A stretch of 64,000 nt of DNA, from assembly GCA_030429735.1 (NCBI GenBank), contig JAUIET010000011.1, positions 81,591 through 145,590 on the forward strand. Direction: 5' to 3'. Positions 39,720 to 50,331 of this stretch are shown piece by piece. The notes beneath the pieces were generated by a model that saw only the letters and a program-made list of their open reading frames with translations, searched no databases and was not told the origin of the DNA. Every line of letters starts with the position of its first letter. Position 1 is the first letter of the stretch. The DNA comes from Gammaproteobacteria bacterium (lineage in GTDB: Bacteria > Pseudomonadota > Gammaproteobacteria > Pseudomonadales > JAUIET01). The position numbers and the translations under genes were made by a program.

Positions 39720-39737
39720 GCGTTCAGGAATCTATTT

Positions 39738-40706
39738 ATGGCATACTACGATGTTTTCAACGGCGATGCGGACGGTATCTGTGCACTGATTCAGCTAAGA
39801 CATGCTCAGCCCAGAGACAGCACTATTGTGACCGGTGTAAAGCGCGACATCGCCTTGCTGAAAAGCATTGACGTTGAAAGCGGTGATCGTGTCACTGTGT
39901 TAGATATCTCGATGGATAAAAACAAAGTTGATCTGCAGCGAATTCTGGAGGCTGGCGCTGATGTTTTTTACTGTGATCACCATTTCGCCGGTGATATACC
40001 AGAGGCGCATAACCTGCAGGCACTTATAAACACAGCCGCTGACACATGCACCAGCTTGCTGATCAATGGGCATTTGAAGGGTGCCTATGCAGAGTGGGCT
40101 GTTACGGCCGCGTTTGGTGACAACCTCAAGGCCAGTGCTCAGTCACTTGCGCGTCAAACGTCGCTGAGTGAAGAGAAGGTAAAAAAGCTTGAAAACCTGG
40201 GTACCTACATCAATTACAACGGTTATGGTGCGTCACTGGATGATTTGCATTTTACGCCACATGATCTTTACCAGCTGATGCGGCCCTTTACCAATCCGCT
40301 GGACTTTATCGATCAGGAGGCCGAGGCTTTTCAAAAACTGGAAGCGGGCTATCTGGACGATATGACATCGGCCAGATCGGTTGAGTACGATCACGCAGAC
40401 AAACACTCCGCAGTACTGACCTTTCCAAATGAAGCCTGGGCCAGGCGCGTGAGCGGTGTGTTCAGCAATGATCTTGCTAACGAACACCCTGACCGCGCAC
40501 ACGCGGTACTGACGGTGAAATCGAATGGAAACTATCTGGTCAGTGTGCGTGCCCCGCTCAACAACAAAACTGGCGCAGATGAATTGTGCATGCAATTCCC
40601 GACCGGTGGTGGACGCAAAGCGGCGGCCGGTATTAATGATCTACCGGCTGATCTGCTAGGTGATTTTGTTAGCGCATTGGGGCAACGGTACGCCAATGAA
40701 TCCTGA
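39738..40706 (+). CDS. DHH/DHHA1-family phosphoesterase-like protein
   Basis: FNGDADGICAL (DxD), YCDHHF (DHH) and C-terminal GGGRKAAAG (DHHA1 GGGH-like) motifs. 322 aa. Confidence 0.65.
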   Translation: MAYYDVFNGDADGICALIQLRHAQPRDSTIVTGVKRDIALLKSIDVESGDRVTVLDISMDKNKVDLQRILEAGADVFYCDHHFAGDIPEAHNLQALINTAADTCTSLLINGHLKGAYAEWAVTAAFGDNLKASAQSLARQTSLSEEKVKKLENLGTYINYNGYGASLDDLHFTPHDLYQLMRPFTNPLDFIDQEAEAFQKLEAGYLDDMTSARSVEYDHADKHSAVLTFPNEAWARRVSGVFSNDLANEHPDRAHAVLTVKSNGNYLVSVRAPLNNKTGADELCMQFPTGGGRKAAAGINDLPADLLGDFVSALGQRYANES

Positions 40707-42273
40707 AAGTTGTAAGGCTTGGCAAACGCTGGATGCCTTGGCTGCAAAGCGAGGCCGCATTGACACATTGTTGCGCACCGAGCCCGATCGCGCCAGGCAA
40801 TTCACCTTCGAACAGTGTGGATTGCGGCTGGATGTCAGCAAGACCGCAATCACTGCAGAAAGTATGCGTTGCCTGGTTCAATTGGCCAGAGAAACTGGCG
40901 TTGCCGAGCGCATGAATGCGATGCGTACAGGCGAGGCAATCAACACCACTGAAAACCGCGCTGTTTTGCATATTGCCCTGCGTGATCTTGATGGTCACCT
41001 GGTGACTGACTATGGAATTGACAAGCATAAGGCTGTGTTGGCGCAACTGTCACGCATGCGCGAGCTGTCAGACGATATCCGTAGCGGTCAGTGGCGCGGT
41101 TTTTCCGGAAAACGAATACGTCATGTGGTCAATATCGGAATTGGCGGGTCGGATCTTGGCCCAAAAATGGTCTGTGAAGCACTCAGGCACATGCACTCTT
41201 CGGAGTTGACAGTTCATTTTGCCAGCACCATTGATGAAACGCATTTACCCAATATTCTGCGCGAGCTGGACCCGGAAGAAACGCTGTTTTCTATTTCGAG
41301 TAAGACATTCACTACTCAGGAAACCATGTATAACGCTCGCAATGCGCGGCAATGGGTTCTGGATCATTTCTCAAACAGCGATGCCATTGCCAGCCACTTC
41401 ATTGCGGTTAGCAGTAATACAGAAGCTGCGGTTGCATTCGGAATTCGCGAGCAAAATCTCTTGTCGTTCTGGGAGTGGGTGGGTGGCCGCTATTCGCTGT
41501 GGTCAACCATCGGTTTTCCGATCTGTGCCGCCATAGGGTACGCTCAGTTTGAAGAATTGCTGCGTGGTGCCCACGCACTGGATGCTCATTTTTTTACGGC
41601 CGAATTTGAAGAAAATTTGCCGGTCTTATTGGCTTTGTGCGGCTTGTGGCACAATAATTTTTGTCATCACCATAGCCTGGGCGTTATTCCTTACAACGAC
41701 GCGCTAGGTCTATTGCCAATGTATTTGCAGCAACTCGATATGGAAAGCAATGGCAAATCTGTGCGGCTGGATGGTGAGACCGTAACCTACGCAACAGGCC
41801 CGGTTGTGTGGGGGCAAAGTGGTTCCAACGGACAGCATGCATTTTTTCAGTTATTGCACCAGGGTACGGATGTGATCCCATTGGAGTTTGTTTTTGCGGT
41901 AAATCGCGACACCAGCAATCCGGAGCAGCACCGCGCTTTACTTGGCAACATGCTGGCTCAATCGAATGCCTTAATGCGCGGTGAGGAAGCCGATGCCGAG
42001 CATAGACACCTGCACTACGCAGGTGACAAACCCAGTATTAGCATCGCGCTTGACCAGCTGACGCCCTCAAGATTGGGAGCACTGATTGCCTTGTACGAAC
42101 ACAAAGTATTTGTGCAAGGCGCTGTCTGGAACATAAATTCCTTTGATCAGTGGGGAGTGCAGCTGGGCAAGCGTCTTGCTAACCAAATAGGCACGGATTT
42201 TTCGCGCCCCAATACCGACATGGATACTTCAACCCAAGCTACTATCGCCTGGATACATGATCAATTGAGCTGA
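40696..42273 (+). CDS. pgi: glucose-6-phosphate isomerase
   Basis: From the ATG at 40696 (MNPESCKAW). Motifs GIGGSDLGPKM, SKTFTTQET, GGRYSLWS and NGQHAFFQL. Overlaps the DHH gene stop by 11 nt. Confidence 0.95.
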   Translation: MNPESCKAWQTLDALAAKRGRIDTLLRTEPDRARQFTFEQCGLRLDVSKTAITAESMRCLVQLARETGVAERMNAMRTGEAINTTENRAVLHIALRDLDGHLVTDYGIDKHKAVLAQLSRMRELSDDIRSGQWRGFSGKRIRHVVNIGIGGSDLGPKMVCEALRHMHSSELTVHFASTIDETHLPNILRELDPEETLFSISSKTFTTQETMYNARNARQWVLDHFSNSDAIASHFIAVSSNTEAAVAFGIREQNLLSFWEWVGGRYSLWSTIGFPICAAIGYAQFEELLRGAHALDAHFFTAEFEENLPVLLALCGLWHNNFCHHHSLGVIPYNDALGLLPMYLQQLDMESNGKSVRLDGETVTYATGPVVWGQSGSNGQHAFFQLLHQGTDVIPLEFVFAVNRDTSNPEQHRALLGNMLAQSNALMRGEEADAEHRHLHYAGDKPSISIALDQLTPSRLGALIALYEHKVFVQGAVWNINSFDQWGVQLGKRLANQIGTDFSRPNTDMDTSTQATIAWIHDQLS

Positions 42274-42299
42274 GACGCGGGCTAGCCATGGCAGCAGCA

Positions 42300-42491
42300 T
42301 CAGCGCTGGGTGTTTTTGGGTATGCCTTGATTTAGCTGCTCGCCAACGTATTTAAACAGCGGATCAATTGGCCCCCCCGCGATCTGTTCTTGTTGTTCCA
42401 GGCGATTCTGCGCGACCAGTTGCTTCCATACGGCGTCGCTAAATTCCAATTTTTGCAGAAAACGCTGGAACGCAACTTCGTGTTGGTCCAT
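42300..42491 (-). CDS. hypothetical small protein (63 aa)
   Basis: The ORF MDQHEVAFQRFLQKLEFSDAVWKQLVAQNRLEQQEQ... fills the pgi/lpxL gap and has a protein-like composition. No family was recognised. Confidence 0.3.
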   Translation of the reverse strand: MDQHEVAFQRFLQKLEFSDAVWKQLVAQNRLEQQEQIAGGPIDPLFKYVGEQLNQGIPKNTQR

Positions 42492-42664
42492 GTCGTTCTC
42501 CGACTTAGTGTGAGTTATGTCTCATTTCTAAGCGTAGCCAAGACAGACGGATAATGTGTAAAACTTTGTGAAAACGTCAGGTTGAGCAAAATGTGTACAG
42601 ATGCTTGCGGTGCCGTGCCGCTTATCGAAGCTGATCAGGCGCGTACTAAAGTGACTACTCTCTT

Positions 42665-43606
42665 TTATTGCCTGTAAATGGCGCCGCGTTCCTGATTGGG
42701 CTGAGTCTTGAAACGCCGGTGAAACCAATAATATTGAGTTGGTTCAATTCTGATGGCTGTTTCAATGAGTTGGTTGACGGCGGTGGCATCGGCAATATCA
42801 TCGCCGGACGGGAAATTCTCAAGTGGACCGGTGATGGTAACGATGTAGCCGGAATCATCGGCTTTACGCCGCTGGCCGTACAACAGCACCGGGGCGCCCG
42901 TGATGCGCGCCAAGGTAGCGGTTGCAGTGATTGTCGATGCATTTTGTGAGAAAAAAGGCGCGTAAACGCTGTTGTTTTCACCCTCATCCTGGTCCGGACC
43001 ATACCAGACTATTTCGCCGCGCCGAACCGCCTTTATCAGCTCTCTTGGTTGCGTCTTTTTTATGTGCGCATCAGCATGTCTGTCCCGTCCTGCGAGCATG
43101 GTGGCATTGAACAGAGGGTTTCTTTGTGGCCGGTAGACAGCAGAATAGGAGAAATGGTTTGAGCCAATCGCAGCGCCAATATCCAGTGTTGAAAAGTGTG
43201 CACCCAGCAGCAGAACGCCTTTACCTTGCTGTTTCGCAGCCAGCAGCTTATCCAGGCCTTCTATCTCTGAGATCGACTTTATGCGCTCGTGACTGCTCCA
43301 CCATGCCATGCCTGTTTCAATAAGGCCGGCACCAAAATTTTTGAATACCTCTTTACAGAAGCGCTGCTTTTCTTCTTCGTTTAGCTCTGGAAAACACAGA
43401 TCGATGTTTACCTGTGTAACGTGCTTGCGTTTGCTGGGCAGCCTGTAAAGCAGGCTGCCTACGGCTTTGCCAATGCGAACATTGAGAGGGAAGGGCAAAG
43501 CACTCAAGCCACGCAATAGCAGCAATGCCAGCGCTAATGGCCAGTTCGAAGGTTTTCCGAGTTCTTTGGCAACTGTGGTTGATTGCTCGGGTTGTGTATC
43601 AGACAA
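42665..43606 (-). CDS. lpxL: lipid A biosynthesis lauroyl/myristoyl acyltransferase
   Basis: 313 aa. N-terminal membrane anchor. GAHFSTLD (HX4D acyltransferase motif). Overall LpxL/HtrB-like layout. Confidence 0.85.
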   Translation of the reverse strand: MSDTQPEQSTTVAKELGKPSNWPLALALLLLRGLSALPFPLNVRIGKAVGSLLYRLPSKRKHVTQVNIDLCFPELNEEEKQRFCKEVFKNFGAGLIETGMAWWSSHERIKSISEIEGLDKLLAAKQQGKGVLLLGAHFSTLDIGAAIGSNHFSYSAVYRPQRNPLFNATMLAGRDRHADAHIKKTQPRELIKAVRRGEIVWYGPDQDEGENNSVYAPFFSQNASTITATATLARITGAPVLLYGQRRKADDSGYIVTITGPLENFPSGDDIADATAVNQLIETAIRIEPTQYYWFHRRFKTQPNQERGAIYRQ

Positions 43607-43651
43607 GTTTTGGCGTGCCTTGAACTATGGCGGTGCGGTTGAGGGAGGTGT

Positions 43652-44074
43652 TCAATTGTCACCTGCGAACATTGCAAATACTTGCTCACCGGTCATGTCT
43701 GTCGTTTTTTCACTGAATGAGTAATAACCTGGCTTCTCATCGATAAAGACCTGATGGTCAAGTATTAGATCGTCAGCATCAAATAGACCCGCTGGCATGA
43801 TGTACTGCCCCGCTTGTTTCAGCCGCCAGAAAAGATGGCTACCGCATCGTGAACAAAATCCACGGTCTGCCCATTCAGATGAGTCGAACACTGAAATAGA
43901 CTGCTCGCCACCAAAAACAACATCGGCACCGCAATCAACCGCCAACAGCGGTCCACCACCCCATTTTCGACACATTGCGCAATGGCAAGCGCCTACGCCA
44001 TGGTCCATTGCATTGGCGGTGAAAGTGACCGCCTTACAAAGGCAGCTGCCTGTGGTTTTACTGGTCTTGCTCAT
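43652..44074 (-). CDS. GFA (glutathione-dependent formaldehyde-activating / CENP-V) family protein
   Basis: Zinc-binding Cys pattern: GSCLCKAVTF, GACHCAMCRKWGGGP and FCSRCGSHLF. Confidence 0.85.
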   Translation of the reverse strand: MSKTSKTTGSCLCKAVTFTANAMDHGVGACHCAMCRKWGGGPLLAVDCGADVVFGGEQSISVFDSSEWADRGFCSRCGSHLFWRLKQAGQYIMPAGLFDADDLILDHQVFIDEKPGYYSFSEKTTDMTGEQVFAMFAGDN

Positions 44075-44274
44075 GTTGGCTCACTATCTGTTGGGTGGGC
44101 GTACCATAGCGAACAATAAGCGCGTGTGGAAGAGCTTGCGTTGTTTAGTTGGCGTTCGACGAGGCCATGGTGGAAAGGTCCACAAGGATTCTGCATATTT
44201 GCTGCCTTGCCAGCGGCAAATTAGTGTTGTAAACAATAGATTCCCAGCGCAAACGACTATGCAAGTGAGGCCAA

Positions 44275-44976
44275 ATGACAACGCGTAAGACGGTTAGCAG
44301 GGCAGAGTGGTTGGCTGCCCGGAAAGAATTCATGCAAAGAGAAAAGGCGTTTACTCGCGAGCGCGATGCCCTTAGCAGTGCACGCCGCGAGCTGCCCCGC
44401 TGGCAGGTTGACAAGGCTTACGAGTTGACAGGTGAAGGCGGCACCCGCACGCTGGCGGACCTGTTTGATGGCTGCTCCCAGCTTATCGTGCAGCACTTTA
44501 TGTTTGGCCCAGATTGGCAGGACGGCTGCCCAAGTTGTTCGTTTTGGGCTGACGGTTATAACGGCACGATCGCCCACCTGAATGCGCGAGACATCAATAT
44601 GGTTGCAGTATCCAATGCGCCACTGCAAAGTCTGCAAACCTATAAACAACGGATGGGTTGGACGTTCCCATGGTATTCAAGTATGGGCACCGATTTTAAC
44701 TACGATTTTGCGGTGTCGTTTACCGCAGAGCAGCTTGAACGTGAGGATAATAACTACAACTTCGGCACCCAGCGATTCAACGGCCAGGAAGCGCCGGGCA
44801 TGAGCGTGTTTGAGCGAGATTCGAATGGCGCGGTGTTTCACACCTATTCTGCATATTCCCGGGGGCTGGATATGTTTAATGCTACTTACCATTACATGGA
44901 TGCAGTGCCGAAGGGGCGGGATGAGGATGGGTTGCCGTTTACTATGGCCTGGTTGCGCAGGCGTGATTCTTATTAG
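44275..44976 (+). CDS. DUF899 thioredoxin-like family protein
   Basis: N-terminus WLAARKEFMQREKAFTRERDALSSARRELP and the CPSCSFWAD motif. 233 aa, typical of DUF899. Confidence 0.8.
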   Translation: MTTRKTVSRAEWLAARKEFMQREKAFTRERDALSSARRELPRWQVDKAYELTGEGGTRTLADLFDGCSQLIVQHFMFGPDWQDGCPSCSFWADGYNGTIAHLNARDINMVAVSNAPLQSLQTYKQRMGWTFPWYSSMGTDFNYDFAVSFTAEQLEREDNNYNFGTQRFNGQEAPGMSVFERDSNGAVFHTYSAYSRGLDMFNATYHYMDAVPKGRDEDGLPFTMAWLRRRDSY

Positions 44977-45034
44977 GTGACTGTTAATCATTGCGCAAAC
45001 GCACGCGTTCACTGCCTTTGGCAGCTCATACTAT

Positions 45035-45095
45035 CGGCGGAGCCAAATACGAAAAAAGGCCGCTAGTGCGACCTTTTTTCGTATTTGGCTCCGCC
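45035..45095. terminator. long perfect hairpin / bidirectional rho-independent terminator overlapping the 3' end of tRNA-Asn
   Basis: GGCGGAGCCAAATACGAAAAAAGG (45035-58) pairs with CCTTTTTTCGTATTTGGCTCCGCC (45072-95). The inner CGC/GCG pair extends the stem. A/T6 runs on both arms give T-tracts in either orientation. Confidence 0.6.
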
Positions 45096-45161
45096 TGCTG
45101 GGCTCGAACCAGCGACCCAATGATTAACAGTCATTTGCTCTACCAACTGAGCTAAGGCGGA
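45086..45161 (-). tRNA. tRNA-Asn (anticodon GTT)
   Basis: The reverse complement folds by hand into a cloverleaf: TCCGCCT-TA-GCTC-AGTTGGTA-GAGC-A-AATGA-CTGTTAA-TCATT-GGGTC-GCTGG-TTCGAGC-CCAGC-AGGCGGA-G-CCA. 76 nt. Confidence 0.9.
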
Positions 45162-45326
45162 ATAAACTGTGCCTGGGCACCGCTTTGGTGGGCGGGCCTG
45201 GAACCTTTCTCGGTTTCGCGGCGTCGAACTGTGTTCGAGGGCGCGTATGTTAATAACGCTCGTGAACAAGGTCAATAGATATTATTATGGTCGATTTCCC
45301 GAAATACGACGAGTTTCATCGCTTCC

Positions 45327-47348
45327 ATGTCCAAGCCACTTAAGGTACACGCTAAATTCGAGCCCGCTGGTGACCAGCCCAAGGCCATCGAGCAGCTGGT
45401 GGCCGGTATAGAGTCGGGTTTGTTGGGTCAGGTATTGCTTGGTGTGACCGGCTCTGGCAAGACGTTTACTATCGCGCATGTGATCGAGCGTATACAGCGC
45501 CCGGCAGTGATTATGGCGCCCAACAAGACGCTGGCCGCGCAATTGTATGGCGAGTTCAAGGAGTTTTTTCCAGACAACGCGGTTGAGTACTTCGTATCCT
45601 ACTATGACTACTACCAGCCAGAAGCCTACGTACCATCCTCTGATACATTTATCGACAAAGACGCTTCGGTCAATGAACACATCGAGCAGATGCGGTTGTC
45701 GGCTACCAAGGCGCTTATAGAGCGGCCAGATGCGATTGTGGTGGCCACTGTGTCAGCCATTTACGGTCTTGGCGAGCCAGATGCGTATTTAAAGATGGTC
45801 ATGCATCTGGACCGTGGTGACCAGGTTGACCAGCGGTATATTCTGCGTCGTCTTGCAGAGCTTCAGTACACCCGCAATGATGTTGATTTTTTTCGGGGCA
45901 ACTACCGTGTTCGTGGGGATGTGATCGATATATTCCCGGCCGATTCCGAGCATGAAGCCATCCGAATCGAACTGTTTGATGAGGAAATTGAGAGCATTTC
46001 ACGCTTTGACCCCTTAACAGGTCATGTGATCGACAAGTTGCCCAGGGTCACTGTTTTCCCGAAAACCCATTATGTGACGCCTCGTGAGCAACTTTTGGAC
46101 GCCGTAGGCGATATCGAAGAAGAGCTGAAAGATCGGCTGGAGCAACTACGCAGCAACGACAAGCTGGTGGAAGCGCAGCGGCTAGAGCAGCGCACCCGGT
46201 ACGACCTGGAGATGATTCGGGAGTTGGGTTATTGCCAGGGTATTGAAAATTACTCGCGGTACTTGTCCGGTCGTGCGCCGGGTGAACCCCCGCCCACCTT
46301 GTTTGATTACCTGCCAGCTAATGCTCTGGTGGTGGTGGACGAATCCCACGTCAGTGTGCCGCAGATTGGAGGTATGTATAAGGGCGACCGGTCTCGCAAG
46401 GAAACCCTGGTCGAGTATGGCTTCCGTTTGCCATCCGCCCTGGACAATCGGCCGATGCGCTTTGATGAATGGGAGCGGGCGATCCCGCAGGTGATTTTTG
46501 TGTCTGCCACGCCGCGCGATTACGAGATGGAGAAGTCTGGCCAGGTTGTCGAGCAGGTGGTTCGCCCCACCGGGCTGACCGATCCGGAGATCGAGGTGCG
46601 TCCGGCTGCTACGCAGGTTGATGACTTGCTCAGTGAAATTGGTGTGCATGTGGCCAAAGAGGGCAGGGTGCTGGTGACTGTGCTGACCAAGCGCATGGCT
46701 GAAGACTTGACCGAATACCTCAACGAGCATGGCGTGCGAGTGAAATACTTGCACTCTGATATTGATACCGTGGAAAGAGTCGAGATCATTCGCGACCTGC
46801 GTCTCGGTGAGTTTGATGTGCTGGTGGGCATCAACCTGCTGCGCGAAGGGCTGGACATGCCCGAGGTATCGCTAATAGCGATCCTCGATGCAGATAAAGA
46901 GGGGTTTCTTCGTTCAGAATCGTCATTGGTGCAAACCATAGGCCGCGCCGCGCGGAACCTGGACGGTAAGGCGATTTTGTACGCTGATCAAATGACCGGT
47001 TCAATGGAGCGCGCAATCCGTGAAACTGATCGTCGGCGTGCCACGCAAGTGGCGTTTAATGAAGAGCACGGCATTGTGCCCAAAGGCGTAAGCAAAAGCG
47101 TTCAGGATATTCTCGAGGTGAGTTACGCACCTGGCAAAGGTAAGGGTAAACGCAACGCCAAGCAGAAAGGGCGCTTTGACGATGTTCTGATTGAGGGAAT
47201 TGATCTGGATAACCCGAGGAAGATGGCGGCGACGCTTAAGAAACTTGAAAAGAAAATGTTCCAGCACGCCAAAGATTTGGAGTTTGAGCAGGCTGCCGCA
47301 GTGCGCGATCAAATTGATGTGTTGAAAAATCAACAGTTTAAACACTAA
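45327..47348 (+). CDS. uvrB: excinuclease ABC subunit B
   Basis: [10 protein letters not shown] Walker A motif, helicase motifs, and the C-terminal UVR domain [13 protein letters not shown]. Confidence 0.98.
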   Translation: MSKPLKVHAKFEPAGDQPKAIEQLVAGIESGLLGQVLLGVTGSGKTFTIAHVIERIQRPAVIMAPNKTLAAQLYGEFKEFFPDNAVEYFVSYYDYYQPEAYVPSSDTFIDKDASVNEHIEQMRLSATKALIERPDAIVVATVSAIYGLGEPDAYLKMVMHLDRGDQVDQRYILRRLAELQYTRNDVDFFRGNYRVRGDVIDIFPADSEHEAIRIELFDEEIESISRFDPLTGHVIDKLPRVTVFPKTHYVTPREQLLDAVGDIEEELKDRLEQLRSNDKLVEAQRLEQRTRYDLEMIRELGYCQGIENYSRYLSGRAPGEPPPTLFDYLPANALVVVDESHVSVPQIGGMYKGDRSRKETLVEYGFRLPSALDNRPMRFDEWERAIPQVIFVSATPRDYEMEKSGQVVEQVVRPTGLTDPEIEVRPAATQVDDLLSEIGVHVAKEGRVLVTVLTKRMAEDLTEYLNEHGVRVKYLHSDIDTVERVEIIRDLRLGEFDVLVGINLLREGLDMPEVSLIAILDADKEGFLRSESSLVQTIGRAARNLDGKAILYADQMTGSMERAIRETDRRRATQVAFNEEHGIVPKGVSKSVQDILEVSYAPGKGKGKRNAKQKGRFDDVLIEGIDLDNPRKMAATLKKLEKKMFQHAKDLEFEQAAAVRDQIDVLKNQQFKH

Positions 47349-47554
47349 AACCGGCTGGCGCGATTGGCCGTTTGCTTATAATATACGCGCCCGAAGTGCT
47401 TACCGTTCAATAGCCGGGTAAGACCTCTATTCTGATACAGGAGGTATCAGCAACACCCGAGCTACCGCGAGGGAGTTGGAAACAAGAGAAAAATCGCATT
47501 TTTCTCAACGCGTTTCTCGCAGAAAGTCAGGACGACTTTTTGCGGATAAACAGT

Positions 47555-47631
47555 ACGACCGTAGCTCAGTTGGTTAGAGCACCACCTTGACATGGTGGGG
47601 GTCGGTGGTTCGAATCCACTCGGTCGTACCA
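47555..47631 (+). tRNA. tRNA-Val (anticodon GAC)
   Basis: Cloverleaf: ACGACCG-TA-GCTC-AGTTGGTTA-GAGC-A-CCACC-TTGACAT-GGTGG-GGGTC-GGTGG-TTCGAAT-CCACT-CGGTCGT-A-CCA. The body is nearly identical to the E. coli tRNA-Val(GAC) as recalled. It lies 90 nt upstream of thrS. Confidence 0.9.
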
Positions 47632-47721
47632 ACTTACTGCGAAGCAGGAATTGTCCTGTATTAAGTCCATACCAAATGATCACGTGGCCTCTCGTATTGG
47701 TCACCACTGAGGAGTCTTATT

Positions 47722-49647
47722 ATGCCTACCATTACACTGCCCGACGGAAGCCAGCGTTCGTTTGAAAATCCGGTTACGGTACTGCAGGTGGCCGAAGACA
47801 TCGGCCCGGGGCTTGCGAAAGCAACCATCGCCGGTGTGGTTGATGGTGCGCTGCGCGATGCCTGCGATCTGATCGAAACCGACGCCGAGGTGCGCCTGCT
47901 AACCGCAAAAGACCCGGAAGGCGTGGACATTATTCGTCACTCTTGCGCTCATTTGATTGGTCATGCCGTAAAGCAATTGTACCCAGATGCCAAAATGGTG
48001 ATCGGCCCGGTGATCGAAGACGGCTTTTATTATGATATAGCCACTGACCACCCTTTCACGCCAGACGACCTTGAAAAAATTGAAACGCGCATGAAGGAGC
48101 TGATTGAGCAAGACTACGACGTGGTGAAGAGAATGACACCGCGGGCGGAGGTGATCGATACGTTTCAGCAACGAGGCGAAGAGTACAAGCTGCGCCTGGT
48201 GGACGACATGCCAGACGAGCAGGCCATGGGGCTTTACCATCATCAGGAATACGTGGATATGTGTGTTGGGCCGCATGTTCCAAACACACGCTTTCTGAAA
48301 CATTTTAAGTTAACCAAGCTGGCGGGCGCGTATTGGCGAGGTGACTCCCAAAACGAAATGCTGCAGCGTGTGTACGGCACGGCCTGGGCCGATAAAAAGC
48401 AGCTGAAACAATATCTTCAACGTCAAGAAGAAGCAGAAAAACGCGACCACCGAAAAATCGGTCGCAAGCTGGATCTGTTTCATACGCAGGAAGAAGCGCC
48501 TGGAATGGTGTTTTGGCATCCTCGTGGGTGGGCGATCTATCAGGCGGTTGAGCAATACATGCGCCAGCAGCAGGAAGCGCACGGGTATCAGGAAATTCGC
48601 ACCCCCCAGTTGCTGGACTTCTCTCTCTGGGAGAGGTCAGGGCATGCGGCTAAATTCTCGGACGATATGTTCGCACTGCAGTCGGAAGAACGGCAATACG
48701 CCATCAAGCCAATGAACTGTCCCTGCCATGTGCAAGTGTTTAACCAGGGGCTGAAAAGCTACCGTGATTTGCCGCTGCGGCTTGCCGAATTTGGTTCCTG
48801 CCACCGCAATGAACCATCCGGCTCCCTGCACGGCCTGATGCGGGTTCGCGGCTTTGTGCAAGATGATGCCCACATTTTCTGTGCCGAACAGAGTATTCAG
48901 GAAGAGGTGGCCAAATTTATCGATTTCCTGCATGCGGTGTATCTGGACTTTGGTTTTACCGAAGTCATTTATCGACTGTCCACGCGCCCGGAAAAACGAG
49001 TAGGTTCAGACGAAGTCTGGGACCGGTCGGAAGAGGCTCTGGCCAAAGCGCTCGACAGCAAAGACTTACCCTGGGAGTTGCTGCCAGGCGAGGGCGCGTT
49101 TTACGGGCCAAAAATTGAGTTTTCACTGAAAGACAGCATTGGTCGGGTATGGCAGTGCGGCACGATTCAGGTGGATTTCTCAACCGCGGAGCGTCTGGAT
49201 GCGCAGTACGTGGCCGAAGATGGCAGCCGAAAAGTACCGGTTATGCTGCACCGCGCTATACTGGGTTCTTTCGAGCGCTTTATCGGCATGCTGATCGAAA
49301 ATTACGAGGGCGCGTTTCCACCGTGGTTGGCACCCGTTCAGGCCGTTATCCTCAATATTACGGACAAGCACGCCGAATATGCCCGGAAAGTGGAAGAAAC
49401 CTTGAAAAATAAAGGATTTAGGGTCGAATCTGACTTGAGAAACGAGAAGATCGGCTTTAAAATCCGCGAGCACACAATGCAGAGAGTTCCCTACCTGCTG
49501 GTAGTAGGTGATAAGGAGCTTGAAACGAATTCAGTGGCCGTACGCACCCGTCAGGGCGATGATGATGGAGCAATGCCCTTAGAGGCTTTCATCGAACGCC
49601 TGGAAATGGACGTGGCGCGTCGCGGTCGTATTGCGTTGTCAACCTGA
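47722..49647 (+). CDS. thrS: threonyl-tRNA synthetase
   Basis: 641 aa. TGS domain N-terminus [10 protein letters not shown]. Class II motifs such as [13 protein letters not shown]. Confidence 0.98.
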   Translation: MPTITLPDGSQRSFENPVTVLQVAEDIGPGLAKATIAGVVDGALRDACDLIETDAEVRLLTAKDPEGVDIIRHSCAHLIGHAVKQLYPDAKMVIGPVIEDGFYYDIATDHPFTPDDLEKIETRMKELIEQDYDVVKRMTPRAEVIDTFQQRGEEYKLRLVDDMPDEQAMGLYHHQEYVDMCVGPHVPNTRFLKHFKLTKLAGAYWRGDSQNEMLQRVYGTAWADKKQLKQYLQRQEEAEKRDHRKIGRKLDLFHTQEEAPGMVFWHPRGWAIYQAVEQYMRQQQEAHGYQEIRTPQLLDFSLWERSGHAAKFSDDMFALQSEERQYAIKPMNCPCHVQVFNQGLKSYRDLPLRLAEFGSCHRNEPSGSLHGLMRVRGFVQDDAHIFCAEQSIQEEVAKFIDFLHAVYLDFGFTEVIYRLSTRPEKRVGSDEVWDRSEEALAKALDSKDLPWELLPGEGAFYGPKIEFSLKDSIGRVWQCGTIQVDFSTAERLDAQYVAEDGSRKVPVMLHRAILGSFERFIGMLIENYEGAFPPWLAPVQAVILNITDKHAEYARKVEETLKNKGFRVESDLRNEKIGFKIREHTMQRVPYLLVVGDKELETNSVAVRTRQGDDDGAMPLEAFIERLEMDVARRGRIALST

Positions 49648-49691
49648 AAGCATTGGTTCAGGTGGCAGCGGTTTGCTAAAGGAGCAAGAGT

Positions 49692-50228
49692 ATTAAGCAA
49701 GATTCAAAAGGAGCCTCAAAGAAAGCTCTGATTAATGATCAGATTGAGGCCGACCTGGTCCGGTTGATAAGCGCCGATGGCGAACAACTTGGAATTCTTT
49801 CATTGGCAGACGCTCAGGCTAAAGCTGATGAAGACAAAATGGACCTGGTGCTCATGGCGGCCGATGCGAATCCGCCAGTGTGCAAGATAATGGATTACGG
49901 CAAACACGTGTTTGAGCTGAAGAAGCAAAAAGCCGCTGCCAAGAAAAAGCAGAAAATTACGCACGTAAAAGAGATTAAGTTTCGACCAGGGACGGAAGAA
50001 GGGGATTATCAGGTAAAACTACGCAACCTGATACGTTTCCTTGAATCGGGCGATAAAGCCAAGGTAACTGTGCGGTTCCGAGGGCGCGAAATGGCGCATC
50101 AGGAAATTGGTATAGACCTGCTGAAACGGATTGAGGCAGACCTTGCAGAGTATGGCAATGTTGAGCAATTTCCAAAGATGGAAGGCCGACAATTGCATAT
50201 GGTGATTGCGCCCCTAAAGAGAAAGTAA
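49692..50228 (+). CDS. infC: translation initiation factor IF-3 (ATT start codon)
   Basis: The frame is open upstream of the ORF-track start (49764). An in-frame ATT at 49692 is preceded by AAGGAG (49678-83). It adds [34 protein letters not shown], matching the IF-3 N-terminal domain. The non-canonical start is the known autoregulatory feature. Confidence 0.88.
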   Translation: MKQDSKGASKKALINDQIEADLVRLISADGEQLGILSLADAQAKADEDKMDLVLMAADANPPVCKIMDYGKHVFELKKQKAAAKKKQKITHVKEIKFRPGTEEGDYQVKLRNLIRFLESGDKAKVTVRFRGREMAHQEIGIDLLKRIEADLAEYGNVEQFPKMEGRQLHMVIAPLKRK

Positions 50229-50331
50229 GCCAGCCACAGCAGTTGCAGGTTTTACTTATTACTTAAACCTGTCGGTTTACCCGTGCGCCGTTGAAGCGGT
50301 TGCCAGGCCCGGCACAAATGCGAGTTTTATC

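Noticed and set aside
45162-45326. LexA (SOS) box upstream of uvrB
   Set aside because: - The only near match is CTGTgcctgggcACCG (45166-81).
- It has a mismatch in the ACAG half-site and a GC-rich spacer, unlike the AT-rich gammaproteobacterial consensus.
- That is not convincing by eye.
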